From assembly GCF_963506605.1 (NCBI RefSeq), contig NC_083285.1, positions 39,618,001-39,682,000 of the forward strand: 64,000 nt of DNA, given 5' to 3'. This DNA is from Zootoca vivipara (lineage: Eukaryota). Of the stretch, positions 1 to 11,995 are shown in pieces (positions within the stretch are counted from its first letter, which is position 1; each line of letters begins with the position of its first letter). The notes beneath the pieces are model-generated. The model was given only the letters and a program-made list of their open reading frames with translations, ran no database searches and was not told the DNA's origin. A program made the translations under genes and the position numbers.

Positions 1-1248
1 TTTTACTTACAAATATACAAGTAGAGTGGAGATGGGTGGGGGGAGTCACAACTCTCTCACATTCCCCTCATCCCGTTCGGGTCCCTTCCAAAGTACAAAC
101 TGCTTTTTCATCACAGAGAGACACTTGCCCCCTGATGTCAAGAGGAGCGATATCGCCTTCCCTAAGCTCTGGTGGCTGTCTCATTCCAACTCCTTGAAAG
201 AGTTGTCCAGCTATCAAGAGACCATTTCCTGGCACACCGATGAATCATCCCTGGGCTGCTAATCTGCCCGAAAAAGGAATATGCAACAATACAAAATCTA
301 CAAAAGAACCTGCAGCAGCAAAGAGTTTAAATATTTCTCCTTCTCATGCAACTTGAAAACAGTTTTCTTCCCCAGATGAGTGAAAGTGAGCTACTTTTTA
401 AAACTACACCCTAACTGGATTTATCAAGGTCAGATAATATTGCTTTGGCGGACAGCTGTAGCTTGCAGGCTGCCGGTTGGCAAATCCTGTCCTAGAATAC
501 TGCATCAGATGGTGGATGATTTCTGCTTTCCAAACAAGGGAGGCTCCAAAAGAACAAAGGCATGGGCATGCTGACCTGCGGGGAAATCAAGATTGAAAAG
601 CTAGTGCAGAGTCTTCATTATTTATTTGTTTGATTGTTTATTTTACTGGCAACTACGCCTTGCCCTTTAGCCAAAAAGGCTCTTAGAGCAGCTAAAAAAT
701 AATAAAATAAAACAGTTCTAAGACACTCCCTGTCCTTAGGCTCACAATCTAAATTTCACACTCACACTCACACTCACATTTAAAACACTCTCATACCACC
801 TTAACAGTGCTGGCTTCCCCTAAAGAATTCTGGGAACTTATGGTTTGCCTGTCTTAAGATACTTTGGATCTTCCTCAACCCAGCTGGAATGGCTTTCCCC
901 TGTCCAGCAGGATGCTTGTCATTCAGCTATTTTATATTCTTTGCTTTTCCTTAAAACAAATTTGCGAGAGTCTCGAAAGTCCTCTGGAAACGTCACAAGC
1001 CGTTGGCCTCAGGCAGATGTGCAAATGGCTGCCAGAACCAGATGTCGTTTGACCCAAATGGAAAGTTTGGAACTGGGACCAGGACATAAGAATGGCAGAG
1101 AGTCAGCGACTTCCTGGCCAGGGACCTGCTCCACTTAAGAGACTTGCAGAATATAAGCCGTGGCTGAAAGACAAAAGCTCCTGATAAATTGCTGCATCCT
1201 TCATGAGAAGATCGAGCCATAGAAAGGACCTTCGGCAAAAAGGAGAAG

Positions 1249-4200
1249 ATGGGGAATCTTCAGGTGCTGCTGTTTGTAACTCTGGCCTTGACAGCCCTCT
1301 TCTGTTGTGATGGAGGTAAGGGAATTTATATGACCCCCTGGCCATGATTTTTTCATCAACCATGAAAACTGACAAAGTCCAGGGGAGAGGAGGACAACCT
1401 ATCTCAGTCTTCCATATTAGGAACAGAATCACTTTCCTCAAAGCCACTTTAAACCTGGCAGTGTGGTTGCCTTCAGGAACATGTCTGCATGGAAGTCCCA
1501 CCCTTATAAAACTGAGGTTCAGGCCAATTTATTAGCAACAGCATTGAAGCAGGCAGAGAGGGGCTCACAGAATAATGGGTGAAGTGGACTTCCAATTAAG
1601 ATTGTCAAATTTACATGGTATCTTTATATTGGTTTGATACCAGTTTCACTGTTATGGCTTCCTGACCCCTCATGAACCCTGGAAAATGTAGTTTAGTGGG
1701 GGTACTGGGAATTACCTTGCCACTGAGATATGTAAGCAATTCTGGGAACTATTATTATTTTGCTGCAGAGAAGGATAAGAATGCTTTAAACAAATAAATT
1801 ATTTGAGGATAGGTATATAACTCACAAATTGCTCAAATACATACCAAGATTTTCCTGGGTTAAAAAGTAATCTTATATGCAGGAATATACAGTATATGAG
1901 TACCCATAAACACTGGCATGTGTGTAAGTCCTCCCCTTTGAATAATTCCTGGATAATACAGAAGCAAGCCTGAGTTAAGGATTTAGTTTACATTTGACTC
2001 AGTTTACATTTGACTGATGGGGGAAATGGGGGTGGAAAGGAAGGGAGGAGGAAGACCACAAGACTGCCAGGTGTCTTACACCATCTGGTCTATATTTTTC
2101 AGATATGAACAGGCCCTTGGATGAAGGTAAGAAACTGACGAGAGCAAAGAACTCTCAAAGGGCATCTCTGTCCTTTTTTGTACTCATTACATGGTTGGAG
2201 GACTGCATTGCAAAATTCAGAGAAGTGTGAATTTTGAAGGGCAGCTGAATGGAGGATAGAGGGATGTGTGAATGTGTGTAGAAACGAGCCTAGGGTGCAA
2301 AAGTTAAATTAGCATTTATTGCTAGGATTAGGATGGCAGTGCTAACAGTTATCTAGAATCCCGGGACTTTGGAGCATGGGGAGTCTGAAAAACTTTTTTA
2401 GGATTTGGCATAATATTTGCCTTAAGTGATATGTATATGTATAATTGGATATAATTGAAATAATTGAATTTTTTTTTAATTGGAAAATTTAATAAAAAGT
2501 ATTTTTTTAAAAAAATTAGCATTTATTGCTCCACTCACTTTTGCCTCTGGCTCTGACTATCACTGGAATGCGGCCTCTGGAAGATTGCCCAGAAGAGAAT
2601 GTGGCCCCTGGACTGGAAAAGGTTCCCCCCTCCTAGCTCAGGATCTTTGCATGTCATTTCCATCCTTTCTAGGTTTGCTAAAAGTTCATTAGGGAAAAGC
2701 CTCTTCTGGCTCTCTTGAAGTCCCCGCTGGCCTCACACATGGAGGCAGATTATGATGAATAATATTGCTTTGAGGCTCACATTCCCCAGAGAGCCAAATA
2801 AAATGGAGGGCGTTTATAAGGAAGCCTGTGTTTTCTGGCACTGCTTAAAGTGATTTTATTTAATTTTTTTTATTTAAAAAATTAGGTGCCATAAGATACC
2901 TGGCATGAACTCAATTTCCTAATTATTCCCCCAGTGAATAAGCCCCCTGTTAGCAAGGCAGCTGGATACTTCCTTGCCTGTTAGTCTGACTAAAAGACTG
3001 AGAAAGAAACCTCTGGAAAGGTTGCCATGTTAGTCTGCTGCAGCAAAAACAGCAGAAATGTTTTTTTTGTCACATCCAGGCCATGCATTTAAAGTAAATG
3101 TCTCCCTGCAAAGTTTCCTGGGAATTGTAGTTTTTTCCTCACAGAGCTACAATTTCCAGCATTCTTAAACTACAATTTCCAGGATTCTTTCCATGTGCTT
3201 TAAACATATGGTGTGTAGATGCGACCGATTGTGACATAAGTTATCCTGGCTTAGAAGCCGCTTTGTCAGATACCCACCTGATGAACGTCCGCAAACACTT
3301 CAGCTGCACTAGGCCTGCTAGTCTTCTGAGCCCTGAAGTTGAGGTTGCTGCAAGATTCTTTGCTGTTTTAGGAAAGAAACCACAGACAACTCAAAGCACC
3401 ATTGAATTAAACAAAAAAAATTGACCAATGGCTTTGAGAAATTTGCAAACTCTAAATGATATCCTTCTAATCTATAATAGCAAGATCACAAAAACTGCAG
3501 AGGGGCACTACTGGTTCACGATGAGTACTAATAGGCAACTAACAGCTTCGTTTCCAGAACTGATGGGAAATCTTCCATTCATAAGCCACTACCTGAGACG
3601 TGTGAGAGGTATTGTAGCACAAATGATGAGCCAGGATGGGCAGCAAAAAGGCTGCTCTGGGGCCAGCCCTGCCATTAGGGAGAATGAGGTGGCCACCACA
3701 GGCAGCTGGTTTTGGGTGTTGTGAAAGGCCAGCAAATTGTTAGTTGTTTCATTTATGATTGCTGCAATTATACTACCAGGGAGGGATTTGTTTGTTTGTT
3801 TGTTTGTTTGTTTGTTTGTTTGTTTATTGCCTCAGGTGCCAAAATAACTTGACTGATCTTGGATGCAACATGGCATGAGTTGAGGCAGGAAAGGCATAAT
3901 TTGCAGCTCTGCCTCAGGCAGCAGAATGTCTCGGGCTGGTCCTGGGCTATATTTGAAATGAAACTCCATAGTTATCTAGAGCATGTGCCTTCGGCCTTTT
4001 TCATACCCAGGACCCACTTTTATCCCAAACATCCATTTGGGAACCCATTTCTTAATCTTTCACCATATATTTGCATGGTGATGGTCCTCTTGTTGTGACC
4101 CACCTTGGATCAGGCCATGACCCACCAGTTCAAGACCAGTGATCCAGAGCATTCCTTTAGAGGAGCAGGGAACCTCAGGTCCAGGGGCCTAGTGCCCCCC

Positions 4201-5159
4201 CCCAAGTATCTCTACATGGCCTTCCCCAGCCCCACCTCTTTTTCCAAGGCTACATTCCTCACGGATCCTGTTTCTTACCCTCCTTGAGTGTTTTTGCCTG
4301 GCTAAAATGAGACTCTTTGAACTCGATACTCTCTGTATTCTCATTCCGCAACATTCTGCGCTCATAACAGGGGTTAAGATCAGTCCAGAAACTGCCAATG
4401 CCTTTGTGAGAAGGCAGAAGAGATCTTCTCCGTATTATGAAAGGTAAGAGTAAGAATCTCCTGGGTTTAATATTGTTGATGTCTATAATTACTAATTTGT
4501 GGTTGAAGCCAACCAAGTCACACTCAGAGTAGACCTACTGAAATCAAGAGACTTGACTAACTGAGGTTCGTTTATTTCAGTGGGTTTTACCCTGAGTATG
4601 CCTTCGTTGGGTACAATGCTTGGAAAATAGATGTGCATGGTTCATGAGTGGGAGGGGACGAGATATGAGCCTATGCAACACAGGTTCACTAACAAGGGAC
4701 TGCCGCAGATTCTTACAGAAAACAAGTGGGGCCCTCTTTCTTCAAGAAGCCACAGAAAAGGGGTGGTGGTGTGGAGAGAGTCCCAAGAGACTTGAAGCTC
4801 TGAGGGGTAAACTACAGTTTCTTTTTTGTGTGTCTATGGGAATGTGCTTTAAATGTATGGTTGGTGCATAGCCTAATTCACCAACTGTCTACATTGTAGA
4901 GACAGTTAAATGGAGTGCCCAGTACTGAACTGGGTTCTCGGAAAACTGGCTTCATGCTGTGCAGCCTGAACCAAAGAATTTGCACGAGGGAACGTCTCAT
5001 GTGTGTGGCTTCTTCCTCCCTCTGTTCTCCAGGTACCAAGAAATGTTCAAAACCCCAATGGAGATGAAGCAAGAACAGTGTGAAAACTACGCCCCCTGCG
5101 ACTACTACTCCGAAGTAGTGGGATTCCAGACAGCCTATGGCTATTTCTTTGGAAACTGA
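1249..5159 (+). CDS. Osteocalcin-like (bone Gla protein paralog, Bgp2/OC3-type) prepropeptide, 96 aa, 4 coding exons
   Basis: Exons 1249-1315, 2103-2126, 4371-4443 and 5033-5159, all GT-AG with phases 1,1,2 as in osteocalcin/MGP genes; 291 nt in total. Translation: MGNLQVLLFVTLALTALFCCDG (signal) DMNRPLDEGVKISPETANAFVRRQKR (propeptide, furin site) SSPYYERYQEMFKTPMEMKQEQCENYAPCDYYSEVVGFQTAYGYFFGN. The Gla motif E-x3-E-x-C-E-x4-C and GFQxAY match osteocalcin. AATAAA at 5254-5259. Confidence 0.88.
3788..3825. repeat. (TTTG)n microsatellite
   Basis: Direct reading. Confidence 0.95.
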
Positions 5160-6103
5160 AGAAGAGGGGGCATCTCCTGTTCTCACTTGGCTGGGACAGA
5201 GGCTGAGAGTAAAAGCAATTGCGATGGGGGTAGGGGTGGGCAGAAGGAGCACCGAATAAAAAGGACAATTGGATTGGTTTCCCTAGCAAAACCTAATAAT
5301 AATCTTTCCACTTTCCAGACAGGAAATAACAAGCAGTTAAGAGGCTTCTCTTTGCAAGGAGCATTTCTAGGAGGAATCACCTCTATAAATGCCAACACTT
5401 GTTGGAAAGTAACCGGCATTCCATGCTAAGGGGGTGGGGGCAAGCAAGGATAAATTGGTTAGTAAGCACAAAAGTCTACCAAGCCGACAATCATTTCTGG
5501 GGCAGGCTCTCCTTGTGAACGCCTTGAAGCATCTTTGGAATACTGCAGAGGTGTCCTGTCAAAATTTCTCACTGTTCCAATTTTGGCATTGAAAAAGGGA
5601 ATCTGGGGAGGGGGCCAAAAAAATAAATAAATCAGAAAGCACTCCAAACCCTTTCATTTGGGCTAGCTTGTTGTTGCTTGCATCCCCCAACTGGCTCCTG
5701 CCATTAAACAAACATCATTGGTCTTCTTCCAGGAGGCTGGTCATGTAACCAATCAGAATTGTTCAGTGGTGAAATCACAGAGGGCAGACAAAACTGTTCA
5801 GAGTGAAGGCATTGCCCAGAAGCTTTGTTTGCTCTCAGTGATGTTGTTGCTTAGCTAAACTGATTGGCTACATGACAACCTCACCGTTTCAGGAAAGAAG
5901 GCTGCTTGAAACAGAATGGCATAGAGATAGCATCTTACTGGAGTGCAACAGGGATATGCTGCTTGTAGTTTTTGACAAATATTCTACTGAACATCTGAAT
6001 AAGTTAATCAGAGAATAGTGTTCAAAAAATGATAATGTCTAGCTCTTTCCTGTTTCTAGTATGTAAGTGTCTAATAGACAAATACGTTAACATTACATGT
6101 GTT

Positions 6104-6272
6104 CAGTGCTTTTTTCCTTAAAAAATGTTTAGGGGTGCTCTCATTTTGACTCAAGAAAATCACCATTTTATAGTTCAAATCAGGAAAAATAAATACAGTA
6201 AAGGGACAAAAGTACAAAGATTCACAAAATGTTTAGGGGTGTGTGTACCCCCCCCCCCCGAAAAAAGCACTG
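6104..6272. mobile_element. Non-autonomous hAT-type MITE
   Basis: TIRs CAGTGCTTTTTT...AAAAAAGCACTG, with 8-bp TSD CATGTGTT at 6096-6103 and 6273-6280. Confidence 0.8.
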
Positions 6273-7496
6273 CATGTGTTTGATTAGCACTTGGAACCAC
6301 TAGTTAAATGTCCAGCCCTGGTACTTTTTATCCTTGAGAAGACGGATGTAAAAAAATTTTTTCTGGTTACCTGATTCATTGTTGCTGTTCTGCTGCCATC
6401 ATATGGTGATTTCAGTTAATGAATAAAGTAGCAGCCCAAAATGAAGATATAATTTTAGAGTTGAAGCAGTCTCCTGCAATTTCTAATTCAAGCTGTTTTT
6501 GGGAGCTTGGCAGGAAATTTAGGAGCACGTTTCCCAAGACATTATATTTTAGTTTTCCCTTGCACAACATGGTTGCCACTTACTAGCGTCCAATGTAGAA
6601 TTTCTGAAACAAGTAGATTAATTGCCTTAATGTCCATTACATTCCAATCAAGGTATGTTAGATAGTGACAATATCTATTGAGCCATCTCTTTTAACTGTG
6701 TATCTAGTGTATCTGAAGATTTCTAGTGTATCTGAAGAAGTGTGCATGCACACGAAAGCTCATACCAAAATATAAACTTAGTTGGTCTTTAAGGTGCTAC
6801 TGAAGGATTTTTTTTATTTTAACTGAAAGTTGCAGTTCGTTACTCACCTATGGTGAGCAGCAATTTCTAATTCTCAAGTTGCTGTTCAAAGCACCAGTGA
6901 AACCATCACTTAATTAAAAGGCACTTATGAGTATGGCTGAATAATGAATCAGTCTATTTCTGGTCCATGTCATATTCATTTGTGTTCACTTGTCATCAGT
7001 CAATTCTGTTCTGCTTTCACATTAATCTGCTTTTTTTAAAAAAAAATCGCACCAAAAGAATTGTATGCAAATACATATTTAAATGTGTATTTCTAAGCAT
7101 GTTCCCTTTCAAAATATGAATTTTAATAAATTTTTGAAGCACAAGCTATGTCACGTCATTGGGGGGAATGCAAAATCCAATGGATAAAGGACGTTCTCGT
7201 TCACACTTCAGTACAGAAGGTGCCAAGCAGGTCAGTTCCTATCAGAATTTGCCGACATCAATTTTCTCAAGCATTCCTATACACAACTGCCCTGGTAAGA
7301 GTACTAGTGTCCCCTCGCTTTCTTGGAGTACTGGACAATCTTCATTCTATACTTGACACTGCCCAGGAGAAATTTATCCTAAAGCATGTTAGTGCAGTGT
7401 TTTTGATGCCTTTCATTCATTAGGATCACTTTAAAGAATGGAGCTAGTATAAATTGCTGGTTTTGATTATATCTAGGAACCTAGGAAACTCGCTTA

Positions 7497-8105
7497 TCTA
7501 TATACAGTACAGTAAATATATGAAAATGTAAACTCATCCACTTTTCTCCTAAACCGCTTCACCGATTGCGTTCAAATTTGAACACAACGTCCAAAGCGAA
7601 TGTCCGAAGCCTCTTATAAGGTTTTCAAAGACAGATGCCACACCTCTGCCAGGTGAAACCCCCAAAAACCCTTCTTCCAAAATGCACCACTCAGCCAAAA
7701 GTGCATGCTGGGAAAAGAACCAGGTTGCAAACCAGTGCCCTCTAGCGGTGGCTACACTGGTACTACACCTATAGAACCTTTCCTCTCAACAGCACCTCAG
7801 CTGCCATTTACATAGTAGGCCGAAGACTTTACAGACTAGGCCGAATGGAGGTACTGACTCGCCTGGGTGGGGGTTGGAGGAAGGAGGGGACGGGATAGGT
7901 CAGGACACGGTGGGGCCAGTCACAGGGATGACCTGGGGGTGGGGGTAAGAGGGGGTGTGATACGTCATGGGATGGGACAGATTGGGGGGAATCACAGGGA
8001 AACCCCGGGGATGGGGGGAGTAGGGGGTGGGATACGTCATGGATCAACACAGGGTGGTGGCAGTCACAGAGATTAGCCACGGCAACACGTGGCAGGGCCA
8101 GCTAG
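7497..8105 (+). mobile_element. Non-autonomous Helitron
   Basis: A|TC 5' end, 3' hairpin CCACGGCAACACGTGG (8077-8092), then CTAG|T; no TSD. The 5' and 3' segments are homologous to the element at 32862-35118. Internal G-rich minisatellite at 7870-8070. Confidence 0.7.
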
Positions 8106-8496
8106 TACCATATAGAAGGATAAGCCTTACTGAAGAAGAACCAGCATGGCTTCCACAAGGGTAAGTCCTGTCTAACTAATTAGAGAATCACAGAAGGGAG
8201 TTGGAAGGGTGCACAAGGGTGATCTGTTTTGGGGCTGAATAAGCACCACCAGAGATGTGATCTTCTCAAGAAGTTCCAGGAGGCCCAACACGTTGTCCTG
8301 ACATTGCACAATGTCCTGACGTCATGGCTGAGATGTCACAAAGAGCCAGGGGCGGAGCCAAACGCCCGCTGAATATTGAGGGGCCCCACCCCCTAAAATA
8401 CATTGCCCCCCCCAAGTGCCTCACCCCCAGGAGCTGGCACCTTTGTCCCCCACTTATGTGTGTCCCTACATTTCTTTCAGGCTGCCACTGATATTA

Positions 8497-8737
8497 CAGT
8501 GGTACCTCAGTTTAAGAACAGTCCTGTTTAAAAACGATTCGGTTTACAAACTCCGCAAAACCGGAAGTAGTGTCCTGGTTTGCAAACTTTACCTCGGTCT
8601 AAGAACGGAATCTGAACAGTGGAAGGGCACTGGTGATGGGAGGCCTCATTAGGGAAAGCGCGCCTCGGTTTAAGAACGGTTTCGGTTTAAGAATGGACTT
8701 CCGGAATGGATTAAGTTCGTAAACTGAGGTACCACTG
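8497..8737. mobile_element. Tc1/mariner (Tigger-like) MITE
   Basis: TA|CAGTGGTACCTC ... GAGGTACCACTG|TA: terminal inverted repeats with TA TSD. Confidence 0.85.
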
Positions 8738-9106
8738 TACTGGAAAAGGATATGTACAAATCTAAAACATGTTTCATAAAAGTATTTTGTACAAGTTTTT
8801 TTGTTTTTGTTTTAGCTGCACAGTTTTCTTCAGATATTTAGCTATTTACATATTGACCTAGTTGTACCTAGTTTAGATTCCTAAACTGGAAATCTAAGCT
8901 TATGCCTCTTTTGAATACTACAATCAAGAAAAGCTTAAGTGTACCTAGTTTGTCCTTCTTAATGCAGTGCTCAAATATTTACATTAAAGATGCTGCGGAA
9001 GGAAGGGCAGATGCCGTAATCAGAAATTGTCTCTTTATTATTTGTGCAACTTCCCTGCCATGTAAACAGAAGCGGTTTTCTACCAGCTGGGCAATCAGCT
9101 TATGCT

Positions 9107-9901
9107 TCACTGCAACTTATCAACTATCAATGTGATATACTCTTCGGCTGTCTTCACAGTCCTTTGGAATTTTTCGCAAGCTGGCTTCAAGATCTTCACA
9201 GCATCTTCCATGATTCCTGCTGCTAATTCAACCGATTTACTAGGTGGCTGTCCTTTTAAAGCTACCCGCATGAAGTTAGTAAGTGAGATAGCTGTGTTAA
9301 TTATTGGTTGGCTTGGAGCCCTTGTTCGTGTGGCTGTGGCTGTTGCTGCAGCTACTGTATGGGATGAGGTGGGGAAGAAGTCTGAAAGTGCTTTGGCAAT
9401 TTCTTCATTAGTCATGAGAAGGTCACCCACTCGGAGAGAGAGAACAGGATTGCTTGTTAAATCCCGAATGGTGGCGTCTAGTATATCAGGGAGATTGCCA
9501 TTTTTCAGTAGTACTGCTGAAACGGGACCGCTGACATTTTCAATAACTCCCTTATATTGCCCATAAAGGTCCTTTATCAGCTTGATTTTTTCATTTGTGG
9601 AGGTGGAAGGCAACACAATGCTGGAATACAGTGGAAGGCCGACTTTCTGCTTGATCTCCTGATCTTTTGCCTCCACTTTTTCCTGCATCTCTTTCAGAGC
9701 ACTCATCAGAAGCTGGAGGTTTTCTTTGATGCTCAAGTTTTCCCTTACTGTAATGATGGCTAGGTCAGTTCCAAGAAACTGGTTGAGCATCCGGAAGGCG
9801 ATGTTGGTGGAAGAAACAAACATGTAGACACAGTCGTACAAGTTGCGGCTGGCATTGAGTAGCCTTTCCTCACTCTTCTGTGAACCGAACCTGCCCAGCA
9901 T
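9107..9901 (-). CDS. C12orf60: C12orf60 homolog (DUF4533 family), 264 aa, single coding exon
   Basis: First ATG at 9901 (MLGRFGSQKSEERLLNASR...), just downstream of a splice acceptor (exon starts 9923). The motifs ERLLNAS, KEMQEKVEAKDQEIKQK and AAGIMEDAVKILKP..QRTVKTAE resemble human C12orf60 as I recall it. Position and orientation relative to WBP11 and SMCO3 match human synteny. Confidence 0.85.
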   Translation of the reverse strand: MLGRFGSQKSEERLLNASRNLYDCVYMFVSSTNIAFRMLNQFLGTDLAIITVRENLSIKENLQLLMSALKEMQEKVEAKDQEIKQKVGLPLYSSIVLPSTSTNEKIKLIKDLYGQYKGVIENVSGPVSAVLLKNGNLPDILDATIRDLTSNPVLSLRVGDLLMTNEEIAKALSDFFPTSSHTVAAATATATRTRAPSQPIINTAISLTNFMRVALKGQPPSKSVELAAGIMEDAVKILKPACEKFQRTVKTAEEYITLIVDKLQ

Positions 9902-10029
9902 TTCCAAAAAGGGAGGTATCACACTGAAATACAAACCAAAGTATGCTCAGTGGAAGAAAGTCAACAAAGCTGTTATATTCAACTTTTGTCTTGGGAAAAA
10001 TTATGGAAGGAAGATTTAAAATTTACCAG

Positions 10030-10745
10030 CGTCCTGTTTGTTGAAGGAAAACTATATGGAAATTATGTATAGATGGTACTTAACACCAGTAAAGTTAGCA
10101 AAGATGTATAGAACTGCTTCTAATGTATGTTAAAAATGTAAAGAGAAAGAAGGCACATTCTACCATATGTGGTGGATGTGCAAGATAACAAAAGCACTCT
10201 GGGAAATGATATATAATGAACTGAAGAAAATGTTTAAAATAACATTTGTGAAAAAATCCGAGGCTTTTCTATTAGGTGTCTTAGGTACAGAGATTCCAAG
10301 AGAGCAGAAAAGACTTTTCTTGTATGCTATGACAGCAGCGAGAATACTACTGGTCCAGAAATGAAAAGAGGGCAAAGTTCTAACCAGAGAGGAGTGGCTG
10401 ATGAAGATGATGGACTATGCTGAAATGGCGAAATTCACTGGGACAATCAAAGACCCAGATGAGAAGTTTAAGAAAGAATATGAAAATTTTATAATGTGTT
10501 TAAGAGAAAACTGTAAACTAAAAACTTTGGCAGGATTAGAGTAATACTTATACAAAATACAGTGGAAAAACAATAATATTTCTAACAAATTAGAAAAAAA
10601 GGGATAAACTGAAAGAAATAGGGATTGACAATGAAAACCAGAGAAGGGTGGTGGGAAGTCAGGGGATTCTGAGAATCCAAAATGTAAAGGTGAATGATAT
10701 GTTTAAATTGAAATATGTTATGTAAAATCTAATTTAAAATATTTC
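10030..10745 (+). mobile_element. Degraded L1/Tx1-clade LINE 3' fragment (ORF2 C-terminal Cys-rich region)
   Basis: Frame-disrupted peptide LMYRWYLTPVKLAKMY...C*KCKEKEGTFYHMWWMCK...ARILLVQK* is typical of the L1-clade ORF2 C-terminus, followed by an A/T-rich 3' UTR. Confidence 0.75.
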
Positions 10746-11580
10746 TTAAAAAGCTGTTATGTCAGCCATGTATCTCCAAAAATCTCATGAATAGCACTTA
10801 ATTTAAAAAGTCAAGAGTGAAGCAAAATCTATTATTATACAGCTAGTAATAGGTAATAAAATATTTCTGAAAACCTATTTCTATATTTGGAGCCCACGGA
10901 ATATATTTTGTTGGAATATATAGTTGTATAAAATGTTGAACTGTTGGTTGGCTGCTTCTGCATCTACTTTAGCTTCTGCTCTGCTCCTCTTGCTCACTTC
11001 AATATTTCTTAGTACAACTGCTGTTTAAACGTTTCTTTAGTGTCAGCTGCCAACAGCATGCCTAGAAGACTTAGATTGTATAGAGAAATCCCCCCACTTA
11101 TGCACAATTGACTCACAAAAGGGTTTTTGGAAAATATCAAGTAGCAATGAAGGCCTGAAGGAATGCCAGGAAAGGCTTGTGATCTCAAACCACTGCACCC
11201 ATCTGCCACTGCCGGCATTCCTTCCGTCCTGTGGATTGCGCTCTTGGCAACTAAACTCCCTGTGATGATGATGATGATGATTATTATTATTCTTACTATT
11301 ACTACTACTACTTTGAACTAGCAATTATAGAACAAACCAGAAACAGCGCCAGCCCTGAATCTGGCCTTTCGTTTAATATTGAAATGCATTCCTGCATACC
11401 GGCCATTCTTTTGTCAGCAGATAAAAATGGGGGTTGTTCTCACACTGGAGGCCTCTAGTGCTGCTGAAGCCATTCCACAATCAGATGGCAATGGAATTAA
11501 AATGGAGATCCTGTGTAGCATGTTATATACAGTGTTATTTTAACTAACAATGCCCTTCTCCAAAACCAAGATCTACTCAC

Positions 11581-11645
11581 ATGAAAGTGCCATTCAGCAA
11601 AGTTTCTTGTTATTGCTTCCTGAAAGCTTTCTGTTTACTATTTTG
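11581..11645 (-). other. C12orf60: Probable non-coding 5'UTR exon of C12orf60
   Basis: The minus strand has a strong polypyrimidine acceptor (ttttgttttctcttttctttccactatag), a 65-nt exon and a GTGAGT donor. There is an in-frame stop relative to the main ORF, so it is UTR. Confidence 0.55.
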
Positions 11646-11858
11646 CTATAGTGGAAAGAAAAGAGAAAACAAAATGGAAAGAGTCCATCAATTTAGCACC
11701 CCCACCTCCTTATTTGCTCACCAAATAAGCCTTTCAGCACTAAGCCGCCATCCCAAAGCAATAAAATGTGCTGAACTTGCAAACAGAAAGCTTTAAACTT
11801 AAATGAACAGTTTGGGCTGGTAGTTAGAAAGACAAAAGTCCAAGTTTAGGGGTGTGTG

Positions 11859-11995
11859 NNNNNNNNNNNNNNNNNNNNNNNNNNNNNNNNNNNNNNNNNN
11901 NNNNNNNNNNNNNNNNNNNNNNNNNNNNNNNNNNNNNNNNNNNNNNNNNNNNNNNNNNNNNNNNNNNNNNNNNNNNNNNNNNNNNNNNNNNNNNN
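11859..11995. other. Assembly gap (N run) next to a (GT)n start
   Basis: Run of n characters. Confidence 1.

Noticed and set aside
1462-4504. RUNX-type TGTGGTT/AACCACA motifs in introns of the osteocalcin-like gene (1462, 3379, 4498)
   Set aside because: Short, scattered motifs that cannot be told from background without conservation data.
7148-7423. 91-aa ORF considered as an ART4 remnant or extra C12orf60 exon
   Set aside because: No ART motifs in the frames I read, and the C12orf60 ORF already terminates at 9107.
9102-9566. 154-aa plus-strand ORF
   Set aside because: Antisense shadow of the C12orf60 coding exon.
9902-9934. N-terminal extension of C12orf60 in the ORF track, and the similar extension of H1 at 38003-38035
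   Set aside because: Both begin at TTG. The C12orf60 one crosses a splice acceptor, and H1 homology starts at MSET.
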